Assembly: GCA_040371255.1 (NCBI GenBank)
Contig: BAABOD010000001.1
Span: 60,545 to 124,544 of the forward strand
Direction of reading: 5' to 3'
DNA from: Anaerolineaceae bacterium
GTDB taxonomy: Bacteria > Chloroflexota > Anaerolineae > Anaerolineales > Anaerolineaceae
DNA: 64,000 bases
Shown: positions 14,659-25,697 of the stretch, in pieces
Layout of the letters: every line of letters starts with the position of its first letter
Numbering within the stretch: position 1 is the stretch's first letter
The notes under the pieces: generated by a model
The model's database searches: none
Told to the model about the DNA's origin: nothing
The model's input: only the letters and a program-made list of their open reading frames with translations
Translations under genes and position numbers: made by a program

Positions 14659-17457
14659 ATGCCTGTAATCGTCTCACTAGACCTGGAAACAACTGGTCTG
14701 GATCCCAATCTAGATTCCGTAATCGAAATTGGAGCTGTGAAGTTCAACCAGAACCGCATTGATTCCGAGTTCTCCACGCTCATTAATCCGCGCAAACCAA
14801 TCCCCCAGTTCATCAGCAACCTCACAGGCATCTCCAACAGTATGGTCCAGAATGCACCCATATTGCCAGAAGCACTGCCCGAATTGATCGATTTTATCGG
14901 GAGTGCGCCCATTTTGGGGCAAAACATCAGTTTCGATTTAGCTTTTTTGCATAAAGCTGGCGCGTTCCGCGATAATGCCGCCATTGACACCTACGAATTA
15001 GCTTCTGTGCTCATGCCTACGGCTAGCCGCTATAATTTAGGATCGTTAGCCAGGCAATTAGGCGTTCTACAGCCTGCTACCCATCGCGCTCTGGATGATG
15101 CTAAAGCCACGCATGCAGTTTACCTCAAGCTGCTCGAAAAGCTCGAGGAGCTGCCATTGGAGCTTGTGGCGGAAATCTTGCGCTTGAGTGAGGATCTCGG
15201 CTGGAAAGGCGAGCTGCCATTTCGCTGGAGTTTGCAGAAAATGCTGCACCAAGGGATCCAACCAAAACGGGTAATCGGAGAAGCGGGTGCATTACTTTAT
15301 GAATTGGGCAAACCTGAGAAGACTAAACCTTTGGTTCCCCAAGAGGTAATTAAACCTCTGGATGCAGAGCTTTTAGCGGAAGCTTTACAGCCCGGCGGTG
15401 AGTTTGACAAGCATTTCCCAGAATTTGAGCACCGGTCACAACAGGTACAGATGCTGCAAGCAGTTGCTCAAGCCTTTTCTGAAGGCAAGCACCTGATGGT
15501 CGAGGCAGGCACGGGCATCGGCAAGTCGTTAGCCTATCTCATCCCAGCGGCGCATTGGGCATTGCAAAATGGCGAACGCGTGGTCATTTCTACCAACACC
15601 ATCGCTTTGCAAGATCAGCTGATCCACAAAGACATCCCCGATATGATGACAGCGCTAAACCTGCAGATTAACGCATCCGTGCTCAAGGGACGCGGAAATT
15701 ATCTTTGCCCGCGAAGGCTGACGCTGATGCGCCGGCGTAAATTAGAGAACGTCGATGAGCTGCGCGTGCTGGCTAAGGTGCTGGTGTGGCTGCAGAGCAG
15801 CACTAGCGGAGACCGTAATGAGATTAACCTGAATGGGTCAGCAGAGAGTTTGGTATGGTCGCGCCTTTCGGCTGAAGACGAAGGCTGCAAGTTGGAGGTT
15901 TGTCTCAAACGTACCGGAGGGCGCTGTCCCTTTTATAAGGCACGCATGGCAGCCGAAAGCGCCCACATCTTGGTGGTGAACCACGCTTTGCTTTTAGCAG
16001 ATACCGCTGCCGAAAATCGTATTTTGCCCGAATATAACTATCTGATTGTGGATGAAGCCCATCATTTGGAATCTGCCACCACGGATGCCATGTCCTTCCG
16101 CTTGCGTGCGCCAGATGTTACCCGCTTAGTTCGCGAGATCGGCAGTACGGAGCAAGGTATTTTAGGCCAGCTGCTGAGCTTAGCTAAACCACTACTCAAG
16201 CCCTCAGATCTTTCCGCCCTGACTGTAGCAATCGAGCGTGCCACAGATCAAGCTTTCCGGTTGGATAACGCTATGACAGCTTACTTCAAAGCTCTGGATT
16301 TTGTGCTCGAAGAGCTACGCGAAGGCAAGCCGCTGGGCACTTATCCGCAGCAAGCCCGCATCCTTCCGGCGACGCGCACCCTGCCTTGCTGGCTGGATGT
16401 CGAAATTACTTGGGAACAAGCAAAGGCTAACTTGGAAGCGTTGCTGGAGGCTCTCAAGACCGTGCGCGAAATCTTGCGTGCCTTAGCTGAGGCTGATGTG
16501 GAGGAGGCTGAAGACTTGCTTGGCTCCTTAGCCAGTATAAATGGTAATCTGCAAGAAATTGGCATCCAAGTAGATAACCTAACCCTATCGCCGGATCCAA
16601 ATCAGATTTATTGGGTCGAACTGGATCCGTTGCAAGGCAGGCTTTCCTTGCAGGTGGCACCTCTGCAAATTGGCTACCTAATGGAAAAATACCTTTGGCA
16701 TCAAAAAGCCAGCGTCGTGCTCACTTCGGCAACACTCACCACCCACGGAGAATTTGATTATCTGCGCAACCGGCTTTCAGCTTACGAAGCAGATGAGCTT
16801 ATCTTAGGCTCGCCTTTTGATTATGAAAATGCTGCTTTAGTTTACGTTGCTCGCGATATCCCCGAGCCCAATGATGCCCATGGTCACCAGCGCGCCACTG
16901 AAGAAGCTTTGATCCACTTAGCTAAAGCCACTGGCGGTCGTATGCTTGCGCTTTTCACCTCCTACGCCCAACTGCAAAAAACCGCCCGTGCCATCGAAGG
17001 ACCTTTGGCTAGTGCCGATATCACAATCTATCAACAAGGAGAGGGCGCCTCACCCTCAGCGCTGTTGGACGTCTTTAAAGAAACGCCGCGGGCTGTTCTG
17101 CTGGGCACGCGCGCATTTTGGGAAGGCGTGGACGTGCCCGGTGAGGCACTTTCGGTGTTAGTCATCGTAAAGCTGCCATTTGACGTCCCTAGTGATCCCA
17201 TCATTGCCGCTCGAGCAGAGTGTTTTGATGACCCATTCAATGAATACAACCTGCCCGAGGCAATCTTACGATTCAGACAAGGCTTCGGCCGCCTGATCCG
17301 CACACAAACTGACCGTGGTGTGGTTGCCGTTTTGGATAGGCGTATCCTGAGTAAACAATATGGCAAGTTTTTTCTTGAGTCATTGCCAAAATGCACATTT
17401 GTGGAAGGACCGTTGGCAAATTTGCCCGAAAAAGCCGCCCGCTGGTTAGGGCTCTAA
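14659..17457 (+). CDS. dinG: DinG-family ATP-dependent helicase with N-terminal DnaQ-like 3'-5' exonuclease domain
   Basis: Exo I motif VSLDLETTGL. Helicase motif I EAGTGIGKSLAYL. DEAHH box. C-terminal helicase motifs (GTRAFWEGVD, FRQGFGRLIR). Confidence 0.9.
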   Translation: MPVIVSLDLETTGLDPNLDSVIEIGAVKFNQNRIDSEFSTLINPRKPIPQFISNLTGISNSMVQNAPILPEALPELIDFIGSAPILGQNISFDLAFLHKAGAFRDNAAIDTYELASVLMPTASRYNLGSLARQLGVLQPATHRALDDAKATHAVYLKLLEKLEELPLELVAEILRLSEDLGWKGELPFRWSLQKMLHQGIQPKRVIGEAGALLYELGKPEKTKPLVPQEVIKPLDAELLAEALQPGGEFDKHFPEFEHRSQQVQMLQAVAQAFSEGKHLMVEAGTGIGKSLAYLIPAAHWALQNGERVVISTNTIALQDQLIHKDIPDMMTALNLQINASVLKGRGNYLCPRRLTLMRRRKLENVDELRVLAKVLVWLQSSTSGDRNEINLNGSAESLVWSRLSAEDEGCKLEVCLKRTGGRCPFYKARMAAESAHILVVNHALLLADTAAENRILPEYNYLIVDEAHHLESATTDAMSFRLRAPDVTRLVREIGSTEQGILGQLLSLAKPLLKPSDLSALTVAIERATDQAFRLDNAMTAYFKALDFVLEELREGKPLGTYPQQARILPATRTLPCWLDVEITWEQAKANLEALLEALKTVREILRALAEADVEEAEDLLGSLASINGNLQEIGIQVDNLTLSPDPNQIYWVELDPLQGRLSLQVAPLQIGYLMEKYLWHQKASVVLTSATLTTHGEFDYLRNRLSAYEADELILGSPFDYENAALVYVARDIPEPNDAHGHQRATEEALIHLAKATGGRMLALFTSYAQLQKTARAIEGPLASADITIYQQGEGASPSALLDVFKETPRAVLLGTRAFWEGVDVPGEALSVLVIVKLPFDVPSDPIIAARAECFDDPFNEYNLPEAILRFRQGFGRLIRTQTDRGVVAVLDRRILSKQYGKFFLESLPKCTFVEGPLANLPEKAARWLGL

Positions 17458-17569
17458 CTGGAAGGATAAGAAAAAACTGGTTTTACACCTCAAAGTCTTG
17501 AGAGCAGAGTAAAGCCATTTATAATCAACGTATACGAGCGCTAAGAGTTCATCATTTTATGGAGTAAAT

Positions 17570-18649
17570 ATGACCGAAGATAACAAAATTCGAGTAGCAA
17601 TTATTGGCGTGGGCAACTGTGCCTCTTCGTTGGTGCAGGGCGTAAGTTATTACCACGATGCCAAAGAAGATGACCGCATCCCCGGATTGATGCACGTAAA
17701 CTTAGGCGGCTACCACATCCACGATATCGAATTTACAGCTGCTTTTGATGTGGTCGATACAAAAGTGGGCAAAGATCTCTCTGAAGCTATTTTTGCCTAT
17801 CCCAACAACACTTATAAATTTTGTGATGTGCCTTATATGAATGTGCCCGTTTACCGTGGCATGACGCACGACGGCTTAGGCAAATACCTTTCCACTATCC
17901 TTACCAAAGCACCTGGACCCACGGATGATATTGTGGGCATCCTCAAAGCCACACACACAGATATATTGATCAATTATCTGCCGGTTGGCTCAGAGATGGC
18001 AACCAAGTGGTATATGGAGCAAGCACTCGAAGCTGGCGTTGGTGTGATTAACTGCATCCCCGTCTTTATCGCCAGCTCAGAGTATTGGGCTGAACGGTTC
18101 CGCAAGCGCGGCTTGCCGATTATCGGCGATGACGTCAAAAGCCAGGTGGGTGCCACTATAGTGCACCGCGTGCTGACCAGTCTGTTTGTGGACCGCGGGG
18201 TGCAGCTTGATCACACTTACCAGCTCAACTTCGGTGGGAACACGGACTTCATGAACATGCTCGAACGTGAGCGCCTGGAATCCAAAAAAATCTCCAAGAC
18301 CGGCGCAGTAACTAGCATGCTGCCTTATGATCTGGAAGAGGAGGACATTCACGTTGGCCCCAGCGATTACGTCCCCTGGTTGAAAGACCGCAAATTTTGC
18401 TACATCCGCATGGAAGGCACGACATTTGGCGACGTGCCGCTCAACTTGGAGTGCAAGTTGGAGGTGTGGGATTCACCCAATTCTGCCGGCGTAGTGATCG
18501 ATGCTATTCGCTGCCTCAAGTTAGCGTTGGACCGCGGCATTGCCGGCCCAGTGATTGAGCCTGCCTCATATTTCATGAAAACCCCACCCGTGCAGTTTAA
18601 GGATGAGATCGCGCTGGAGAAGACTGAAGCGTTTATCAGGGGAGAGTAA
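17570..18649 (+). CDS. ino1: myo-inositol-1-phosphate synthase
   Basis: [23 protein letters not shown]-terminus and an overall length of about 360 aa, typical of bacterial/archaeal MIPS. Confidence 0.85.
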   Translation: MTEDNKIRVAIIGVGNCASSLVQGVSYYHDAKEDDRIPGLMHVNLGGYHIHDIEFTAAFDVVDTKVGKDLSEAIFAYPNNTYKFCDVPYMNVPVYRGMTHDGLGKYLSTILTKAPGPTDDIVGILKATHTDILINYLPVGSEMATKWYMEQALEAGVGVINCIPVFIASSEYWAERFRKRGLPIIGDDVKSQVGATIVHRVLTSLFVDRGVQLDHTYQLNFGGNTDFMNMLERERLESKKISKTGAVTSMLPYDLEEEDIHVGPSDYVPWLKDRKFCYIRMEGTTFGDVPLNLECKLEVWDSPNSAGVVIDAIRCLKLALDRGIAGPVIEPASYFMKTPPVQFKDEIALEKTEAFIRGE

Positions 18650-18657
18650 ATTAAAAC

Positions 18658-18695
18658 AAGACCCGTTTGAAAGTTTAATCAAACGGGTCTTTTCT
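18658..18695. terminator. bidirectional rho-independent terminator between convergent genes
   Basis: Perfect 13-bp stem AAGACCCGTTTGA / TCAAACGGGTCTT, 8-nt loop, followed by TTTCT. Confidence 0.7.
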
Positions 18696-18709
18696 AAAAA
18701 GGGAGGGAT

Positions 18710-19549
18710 TTATCTTTCTAAGAATATTTTTACAGTATCCGTTACAGCTTTTCGAGCAATATCATCGAATGCGGTACCTACAACCAAAATGTTCACCCCA
18801 GTTCCCATAAAAGCTTTGAAATTAACTGGGTTAATCCCACCTTCGGCAAGAGTTGGTACAGTTGTAACCTTAATCAATGCTTCCAAACGTTTTCGGACAA
18901 CATCTGGTATTTCTCCTGCTTCAACGCCTTCATAACTCATCCCTGTCATTAATCCGATCAGGTCAACCCCAATATCCTGCATTGCCTTAGCAGTATCAGC
19001 TACTTGTTGGGGACTTTCTGCTGGAATACCAAAAAGGTGACGGTCTGTTGGGTGGGCGATATACGCATCCACAAGCATACCGAATTTATGGCAAAGCTCA
19101 ACCATATCTTTTAGATCTGCCAGGGTAGACTTGTGTGTATGCACACCATCAGCACCAGCCCTCGAGAGTGCATAAGCTTGCTCGTCTGTAAATGGAGTAG
19201 GCATTGTTTCTGTAAAGGAACCGGGAATACCGACGGTAATATAGATTTCATGTCCTACCACAGCACGAACACCAGCTGTAACTCGGCACATTTCATCAAA
19301 ATCAATCTCATGGCGTACCTCCTCCGCGGCATGCATACTCGTTACCCCCTTGTGCCCACGTGCAAGCGCTACCGCGGGATGATTTGGTTCTAACATTCGA
19401 GCACCTGCTTCGACCGCTGCAAGCGCAAATCTGGCGTCATCACCCGTGATCCCGGTTGCCAAAAGTGTTGTACCACCATCGGCGTTTATAGCATCCTTCA
19501 CCTTCTTTAGAGCTATTTCCCGTTTTTTTTGCATATCTCCATAAATCAT
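18710..19549 (-). CDS. TIM-barrel enzyme of uncertain family (aldolase/BtpA-like)
   Basis: 279 aa with alternating beta/alpha pattern. C-terminal phosphate-binding-like LAEGGI...VVGTAF. Family not resolved by eye. Confidence 0.4.
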   Translation of the reverse strand: MIYGDMQKKREIALKKVKDAINADGGTTLLATGITGDDARFALAAVEAGARMLEPNHPAVALARGHKGVTSMHAAEEVRHEIDFDEMCRVTAGVRAVVGHEIYITVGIPGSFTETMPTPFTDEQAYALSRAGADGVHTHKSTLADLKDMVELCHKFGMLVDAYIAHPTDRHLFGIPAESPQQVADTAKAMQDIGVDLIGLMTGMSYEGVEAGEIPDVVRKRLEALIKVTTVPTLAEGGINPVNFKAFMGTGVNILVVGTAFDDIARKAVTDTVKIFLER

Positions 19550-19560
19550 ATTAATCTCCT

Positions 19561-21120
19561 TTATGCCTCTTGAGGTGTTACTTTCTTTGAAGTTTTATTG
19601 AACATAATAGTGAGCCCGCAAGCAATTCCCATGGCAGCTAACATTGCAACAGCAAACCCCAACGGATTGTTTGATAGAGTTGGTGCTACGATACTCGGTA
19701 CGTATGCTGTGCCACGAGCATCAAAAAGACCACATAAAGCACCTGATACCGCAGCAGAAAACAAAGCAGTACCAAATATTCTTTTATCAGCAAACATGAA
19801 AGGATAAGCTGCTTCTACAAATGTGCCAAAACCAACATTTACTATAAAACCCGGTAATGCAATGGCTGCTTCACTCTTTTCCCGAGGGGCAATAATATTT
19901 GCTAGTGTGATGCCAGCAGATACCATGACTAAACCGGTCATATCAATTGCACCCAAGAAACTATATCCTGTCTGCTCCATCTCTAATAAGACAATTGGAA
20001 GAATCGCGGCGTGGTAAACACCTCCGATAATAGCTGGCCAGATAAGTAGACCTGCCAAGGCACCCGCTAAAACAGGGTTGATGGCAATAGCCGCATCGAT
20101 CAGTGTGCGAATTCCATTTCCCATCCATAACGTAATGGGCGCTAACACAAAATATACCAAAATCCCTGAAGCTAATCCTCCAATCGCCCCAGCAACCAGG
20201 CTGGCGGTCGTAGCTGGAAAGCGTCTTCGGAATGACCAATTAAGCAGGTAACTCGCAAAAATGCCAGCTAAGATACCTCCCACAATTCCACCAAGAATAC
20301 CGCCATCTACAGAAAGGACCCCTGCTACAACGCCAGCCACAATACCGACTTCATCCAATCCAGAAACTTGTTTTGCAGCAACAACAGCAACAATAATCGG
20401 TAAAGCGCCAATCAATATATCAAACAATGGTCCAATTGATGGGTTGAGAGCTGGAATTTTACCTATTGCTAGAATCAAAGCCATAGCAATAAATCCAGGG
20501 AGTGAACTCATCATAATACTCCGTAGATTAATTCGCTTCCAGATATTGCTTGTGTCTGCTTCTGTAGTTTTGCCGATTACAGGTGAATATTTAGTTTTCC
20601 ATTCGCTTGCAAAAGCTGAAATGTAACCAACTGCGCGAGACCGATTATTAGTACCTGTTGTCCCTGAGGCTGAAATTACATTTGCTCCCATTGATCGAGC
20701 CTCAGCCATGTTTGTTCCACCCGTGCCAACAACTGGGATCTTTCGTTCTGCGGCGGCTTTTATGGCATCGCGATTGATATTCTTAGGATCAGCGCTGATT
20801 AATATTAATCCGTCAACTTCACCGTTTCGGATTGCAGCCGCAATCTTGTTAGATTCCATTTCAGCCATTTTATTAGCTTCGTCTAACGACATTTCTGGGC
20901 TTGGTTTTGGTCCTTCAGCGGTTTGTGTCCACACAGTCGCTGTTGTTCCATCAGTGACATGATCCATCGAAGTTGAAGCCGCAACAAAAGCTATATGGCT
21001 GATTTCGAATCCAGCTGCCTCAGCCTGACGTACAATTTCCCCTAATAAAGCTTGGGGGTCCTTCCCTCCGAGGACAAATAGATGGCCTCCTGAACTTCCT
21101 AATACTGCAATTTTTTTCAT
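19561..21120 (-). CDS. membrane transporter, PTS EIIC-like permease fused to an N-terminal soluble Gly-rich domain (function uncertain)
   Basis: 519 aa. About 180-aa soluble N-domain (VVGTGGTNMAEARSMGANVISASGTTGTNN), then about 9 hydrophobic segments rich in Gly/Ala. Confidence 0.35.
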   Translation of the reverse strand: MKKIAVLGSSGGHLFVLGGKDPQALLGEIVRQAEAAGFEISHIAFVAASTSMDHVTDGTTATVWTQTAEGPKPSPEMSLDEANKMAEMESNKIAAAIRNGEVDGLILISADPKNINRDAIKAAAERKIPVVGTGGTNMAEARSMGANVISASGTTGTNNRSRAVGYISAFASEWKTKYSPVIGKTTEADTSNIWKRINLRSIMMSSLPGFIAMALILAIGKIPALNPSIGPLFDILIGALPIIVAVVAAKQVSGLDEVGIVAGVVAGVLSVDGGILGGIVGGILAGIFASYLLNWSFRRRFPATTASLVAGAIGGLASGILVYFVLAPITLWMGNGIRTLIDAAIAINPVLAGALAGLLIWPAIIGGVYHAAILPIVLLEMEQTGYSFLGAIDMTGLVMVSAGITLANIIAPREKSEAAIALPGFIVNVGFGTFVEAAYPFMFADKRIFGTALFSAAVSGALCGLFDARGTAYVPSIVAPTLSNNPLGFAVAMLAAMGIACGLTIMFNKTSKKVTPQEA

Positions 21121-21287
21121 TGTTCTCTCCTAAATTGTCTAATAACCTGTAAATTTTCTCTATCGACGATCTTTTGTATTCTATACTCGGTATGTGGTTA
21201 CCTCCTTACATTTTGGAATTTTAAAAAGTATAATAATCTCAATAGGCACGCGTCAATTGTAAAATTAGGGATAGATATAGGAACTAT

Positions 21288-22367
21288 ATGGAACAGTCAA
21301 ATTCCAATTTTGGAAATAGTAACTTTCTAGATGAAAACAGTGAAAGCGGAGCTATCTTGTATTCGTGGCTCAAGCGCAGTGGTGTAGAGAGAAGTGTTAT
21401 CCTTGAAGAAATTACGGCTTCAAACCAGCATATTGGAGAAATCGGACTAAAATCATTTAAACAATGGACTAGTGAGGGTGAAACAGCCAGAAGGGTAAGC
21501 GGATTAACTCCAGAAATAAGAGGGGAGCGAATCGTTGCAATTGTGCAATGGTTTGTTAGGGAGCATATTCATAGGGTCAATCCAGTTTTAACTACTTGTG
21601 AAGTTCGTCGTCTGATTGCTTTGTACCAAGATATTCCGGTAAAAAATCGCCTACAACTTAAACGACTTTTACATGACCTCGAAATCGAGACAGGAGAGCG
21701 GCAATCCGATTTCTCATTTGCAACGGACTGGAAAAACCACTTAGCGAGTTGGCCAGCTTTTTGTTTTGTGATTGATGAATATTGGTGCGTACGTGCATCA
21801 ACAAGTTACGAGATGGCTCTTGCTGGCTATACTGAGGAAGACATGAAACATTGGAGTTGGTGGCACCGTCTCACCGCTAGCAAATCTGGAAAGCCTAAGT
21901 TTTCTCCAAATAGTCTTCGCTATAGTTTGCGTGGTCCTTATAACCTGACTTATTATTGCAATCAACTAAATCAGTTTTATCGTGAGACGAAGGAACTTTG
22001 TGAAAATCAAGATCCTCGCTACCAAGCATTAATGGAGCTTCTGAAAACGACCAGTTTGTTTGAGGAAATGTGGAATTGTAGCCTTGAAAAACTGAATCAG
22101 TATCAACAACCTTTTAGCTTGCCTGTGCCCTTTTTTAGACCGGATGGGACTCTGCTCTGGATGCTAGAGCTCAGCACAGTGATTTCAAACACAAATAATT
22201 ACCGGCTTATTTCATGGATGCCTCTAAATGAAGATTCTGCTGAATATCAAGGTGAAATAAAAAGATGGGCGGACAAAAGTGGAAAATTCAAACAGCGAGC
22301 TTATTTTATTGAAGATTTTGCTCAATATTTCACTAGAAAAGAAAAATTTGCGTTAGGACTTGAATAA
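21288..22367 (+). CDS. MmyB-like transcriptional regulator candidate
   Basis: WPAFCFVIDEYWCVRASTSYEMAL, DPRYQALMELLKTTSLFEEMW and FFRPDGTLLWMLELS..YRLISWMPLNEDSAE follow the MmyB-like ligand-binding domain pattern. The N-terminal HTH is only weakly recognisable. Confidence 0.45.
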   Translation: MEQSNSNFGNSNFLDENSESGAILYSWLKRSGVERSVILEEITASNQHIGEIGLKSFKQWTSEGETARRVSGLTPEIRGERIVAIVQWFVREHIHRVNPVLTTCEVRRLIALYQDIPVKNRLQLKRLLHDLEIETGERQSDFSFATDWKNHLASWPAFCFVIDEYWCVRASTSYEMALAGYTEEDMKHWSWWHRLTASKSGKPKFSPNSLRYSLRGPYNLTYYCNQLNQFYRETKELCENQDPRYQALMELLKTTSLFEEMWNCSLEKLNQYQQPFSLPVPFFRPDGTLLWMLELSTVISNTNNYRLISWMPLNEDSAEYQGEIKRWADKSGKFKQRAYFIEDFAQYFTRKEKFALGLE

Positions 22368-22398
22368 AAAATCACTTAGAGTAGTAATAGACAGTAAA

Positions 22399-22433
22399 CA
22401 GCCGTGGATCCCTTTCATTCCACGGCAGTTTTT
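22399..22433. terminator. terminator hairpin between convergent genes
   Basis: GCCGTGG-12 nt-CCACGGC followed by AGTTTTT. Confidence 0.55.
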
Positions 22434-22453
22434 GGACCTTAAGTCTTAGAATC

Positions 22454-23071
22454 TTATGCTTTCGCGTTTTGTAAAGCAAAATCCCAATTGATCAGCTTAT
22501 CCAACACAGCTTCCACATAAGCCTGGCGGCGGTTCTGATAGTCTAAGTAGTAGGCATGTTCCCACACGTCCACGGTAAAGAGCGGCTTCTTGCCATCCAA
22601 CCAAGGCACACCGGCATTGCTGGTGGTCACAATAGCAAGCTTGCTGTTCTCCATAACTAGCCAAGCCCAGCCGCTGCCAAATTGACCAACGGCTGCAGTG
22701 GTGAACTGCTTCTTGAAGTCGTCCACGCTGCCAAAGTTAACCTCAAGCATGGACTTCAGTTCAGCCGGAATTGCAACAGAACCCACTGGTGCTAAGCTCA
22801 ACCAGTAGAAGTCATGGTTCCAAGCCTGGGCGGCATTATTGAACAAGCCGGTTTTGCCATCTTTCTGGGCTGCAGCCACAATCTCTTCCAGTGGTTTGCC
22901 TTCCAACTCGGTGCCGGCAATCATTTTGAGGGTATTATCAACATAGGCTTTGTGGTGCTTGCCATAATGGAAACTAAGGGTGTTTGCAGAAATGACCGGG
23001 TCAAGGGCATTTTCTGCAAAAGGAAGTTGGGGTAATTCAACAGGGGTTTTGGTTGAAATTGTATTGGTCAT
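22454..23071 (-). CDS. sodA: Fe/Mn superoxide dismutase
   Basis: LPFAENALDPVISANTLSFHYGKHH and DVWEHAYYLDYQNRR signatures. Confidence 0.95.
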   Translation of the reverse strand: MTNTISTKTPVELPQLPFAENALDPVISANTLSFHYGKHHKAYVDNTLKMIAGTELEGKPLEEIVAAAQKDGKTGLFNNAAQAWNHDFYWLSLAPVGSVAIPAELKSMLEVNFGSVDDFKKQFTTAAVGQFGSGWAWLVMENSKLAIVTTSNAGVPWLDGKKPLFTVDVWEHAYYLDYQNRRQAYVEAVLDKLINWDFALQNAKA

Positions 23072-23247
23072 ATTTTCCTCTTTTCTTTGAACTAATCTCC
23101 CATTGTGGAGTCAATCAATTTTCAGCACGATGCTTGGTAGTTTCTGATGCGCTTCCAAGCAAGGTGCTCTTTCTACCACAGTAATTATAGCCTATATTAT
23201 ACGAGATTTGTCGCAAATAGGTGAATTTTAGCCTGTTTTTTAAGTGT

Positions 23248-23667
23248 TTATTCGCCAATAATTTTGATCAATACGCGTTTGCGGCGTCTGCCGTCAAACT
23301 CGCCATAAAAGATCTGTTCCCAGGTGCCCAAGTCGAGCTTACCGGCTGTGAGCGCCACAACAACCTCTCTGCCCATAATCTGGCGTTTGATATGCGCATC
23401 AGCATTATCTTCACCGGTGCGGTTGTGTTCATATTGGCTGATTGGCGCATGGGGTGCGATGCGTTCTAACCAGACCTCATAATCGTGGTGTAAACCCGTT
23501 TCATCATCATTAATAAAAACCGAAGCAGTAATGTGCATCGGGTTCACGAGCACCAGCCCTTCTTGAATGCCGCTTTCCCGCACTGCCTGCTCTACCTGTG
23601 GCGTGATATTGACAAACCCGCGCCGCGTGGGTAGGTACATCATAATTTCTTCTCGATAACTCTTCAT
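23248..23667 (-). CDS. yjbQ: YjbQ/UPF0047 family secondary thiamine-phosphate synthase enzyme
   Basis: 139 aa. [45 protein letters not shown]. Confidence 0.8.
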   Translation of the reverse strand: MKSYREEIMMYLPTRRGFVNITPQVEQAVRESGIQEGLVLVNPMHITASVFINDDETGLHHDYEVWLERIAPHAPISQYEHNRTGEDNADAHIKRQIMGREVVVALTAGKLDLGTWEQIFYGEFDGRRRKRVLIKIIGE

Positions 23668-23884
23668 GATTTGCTTCTCCTTTCATAAGGATTTCTTTTT
23701 ATATTCTACCTGAGAGAAATCCCTTCATCCGCACTTATTTTCTGTGTGTTACAATCTCGCCACACTAACCCGCCGGCTTATCTACGCTAAGCCAGCTATT
23801 ACACATCCAGAGAAGCATCACCTCTCGATGATGGTGAGAGGAATAAAGTATACTTAGGGACAAAGCTAGATCTTATACAGAACT

Positions 23885-24985
23885 ATGGCAAACCTCGAAG
23901 AACAAACGCCCCCGACCAAAAAGAAGACTTGGCGGTTTATTATCATTCTGATTGTGTTGGGGTTAGCGGTCAATCTGCTGCTCCCACAGATCTCCAATTT
24001 CACGGAGGCTTGGTCCGTCGTCAAGACGATGACCTGGTGGGCAGTGGGTTTAGCTGCTCTGTCTGAAGTTATCAGTTACCTCAGCTATGGGTATTGCATC
24101 CATGCGATTGTGGCAAGCCGCAAGCAGCAGCTCTCAGTGCCCAAGTCCACGCTAATCGTCATGTCGGCTACCAGCGTCGGATTAGTAGCGGGCGGTTGGG
24201 TCACCCTGGCGGGCTCAATTTTCAGCTCGGTAAAGCGCGAAACAGGGGATAATGGCACCGCCACAATTACCGGGCTGCTTCCGTCGATGCTATTGAATAT
24301 GTCAATTGCTCTCATCGCCGTCGTCGGGCTGGTGTACTTAGGCATCATCGGGCAGCTCACCAACGGTCAGCTGGTCCAATACCTTATTTTCCTATTTTTA
24401 TTAATGTTCATAACCTTCGGCTCCCTGCTGGTGTTGGTCTTTCCGAAGTTCACTTATAAAGTCATCAACTGGACACTCTGGCATTGGAACAAAATTCGTA
24501 AAAAACCATACGATCCACAAAAGACGCAGGAAATGCTCGACAATCTTATCTTTTCCTGGAAGGAAATGGGTCGGGGCAACTGGAGAAAGCCTTTTTTAGG
24601 CGCTTTTTGTTATACGCTCTTTGACCTCTTCGCGATGTATCTCATATTTGTTGCAGCTGGCTATAACATTAAATTAGGTGTGCTTTTTGCCAGCTATGGG
24701 CTGCCCTATCTGCTCGCTAAAATTGCTTTCATTTTCCCCGGCGGCATCGGTGTGGTGGAAGCTACCATGGCTGCGATTCAAACCAGTTTGGGTGTCCCCT
24801 CAGAAATTAGCGTAGTAGTCATTTTAGCTTACCGTTTGTTATGCTTTTGGTTGCCGACCCTGTTTGGGTTTGCTGCTACGGGGTTTCTCAATCATAGCCG
24901 GCAATCAACGCCCGCCGCTAAGCCTGAGCTGCCCGCCTTTAGCCCGGCGGATCCCGTCACAGCTGACCCGAAGCCTCAAAAATAG
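23885..24985 (+). CDS. flippase-like / lysylphosphatidylglycerol-synthase TM-region (UPF0104) membrane protein
   Basis: Multi-pass membrane protein. FPGGIGVVEATMAAIQTSLGVP motif typical of this family. Confidence 0.6.
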   Translation: MANLEEQTPPTKKKTWRFIIILIVLGLAVNLLLPQISNFTEAWSVVKTMTWWAVGLAALSEVISYLSYGYCIHAIVASRKQQLSVPKSTLIVMSATSVGLVAGGWVTLAGSIFSSVKRETGDNGTATITGLLPSMLLNMSIALIAVVGLVYLGIIGQLTNGQLVQYLIFLFLLMFITFGSLLVLVFPKFTYKVINWTLWHWNKIRKKPYDPQKTQEMLDNLIFSWKEMGRGNWRKPFLGAFCYTLFDLFAMYLIFVAAGYNIKLGVLFASYGLPYLLAKIAFIFPGGIGVVEATMAAIQTSLGVPSEISVVVILAYRLLCFWLPTLFGFAATGFLNHSRQSTPAAKPELPAFSPADPVTADPKPQK

Positions 24986-25045
24986 CAAGCTCAAAAGTTT
25001 TGATTGGGTAAAAGCCTTAATTTCTGACGAATTAAAGGAAACCGA

Positions 25046-25561
25046 ATGCCTTTCACACCTTTGCATATGGGTCCAGGCATGGCGGTCAAAGCCATTGCTC
25101 AAGATAAGTTCAGCCTGATCATCTTCGGCTGGGCGCAAATTCTGGTCGACCTGCAACCACTCGTAGTTGTCCTCACTCATGAAGGTCAAATTCACGGCGT
25201 GACGCACACCTTCGTGGGCGCTGCAGTGCTTGGAGCAGCCGCGGCTGCTTCGGGCAAGCCCATGGCAGAAGCGCTGCTGAATCTTTTCCGCAAAAAAGAA
25301 AAGCCGCCCATACGAATCAGCTGGAAGATTGCTTGGTGGAGCGGCTTAGTAGGCGGGCTGAGCCATGTGCTCCTTGATGGACTAATCTATCCGGATATGA
25401 GCCCTTTTTGGCCTTTTGTTCAGGGCACGCGTATGGACATTTTTACCAGCCGGGGGATGACTGCCTTCTGCATCTTTAGCGGATTGGCAGGCTTGCTGGT
25501 CTATTTTGTTTCGCGTGGCGTGGAAGCTTTCTCTAAACATCATTCGGAAAAGTCACATTAA
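25046..25561 (+). CDS. membrane-bound metal-dependent hydrolase-like protein (YdjM/DUF4184-like)
   Basis: MPFTPLHMGPG start, His-rich conserved positions (HGVTHTFVG, SHVLLDG), hydrophobic segments. Confidence 0.35.
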   Translation: MPFTPLHMGPGMAVKAIAQDKFSLIIFGWAQILVDLQPLVVVLTHEGQIHGVTHTFVGAAVLGAAAAASGKPMAEALLNLFRKKEKPPIRISWKIAWWSGLVGGLSHVLLDGLIYPDMSPFWPFVQGTRMDIFTSRGMTAFCIFSGLAGLLVYFVSRGVEAFSKHHSEKSH

Positions 25562-25697
25562 ATCTACCCATCAAAATCACAATTTTGTGGTACTCTAAGA
25601 TTAGTGCTGATAAGATGCCTAAGATAAACTTCAATGAATGGTTGTCAGCATCCTGCGTAATCCAATTCCAGTAAAAGCGTAATCATAGGAGGTTTTA

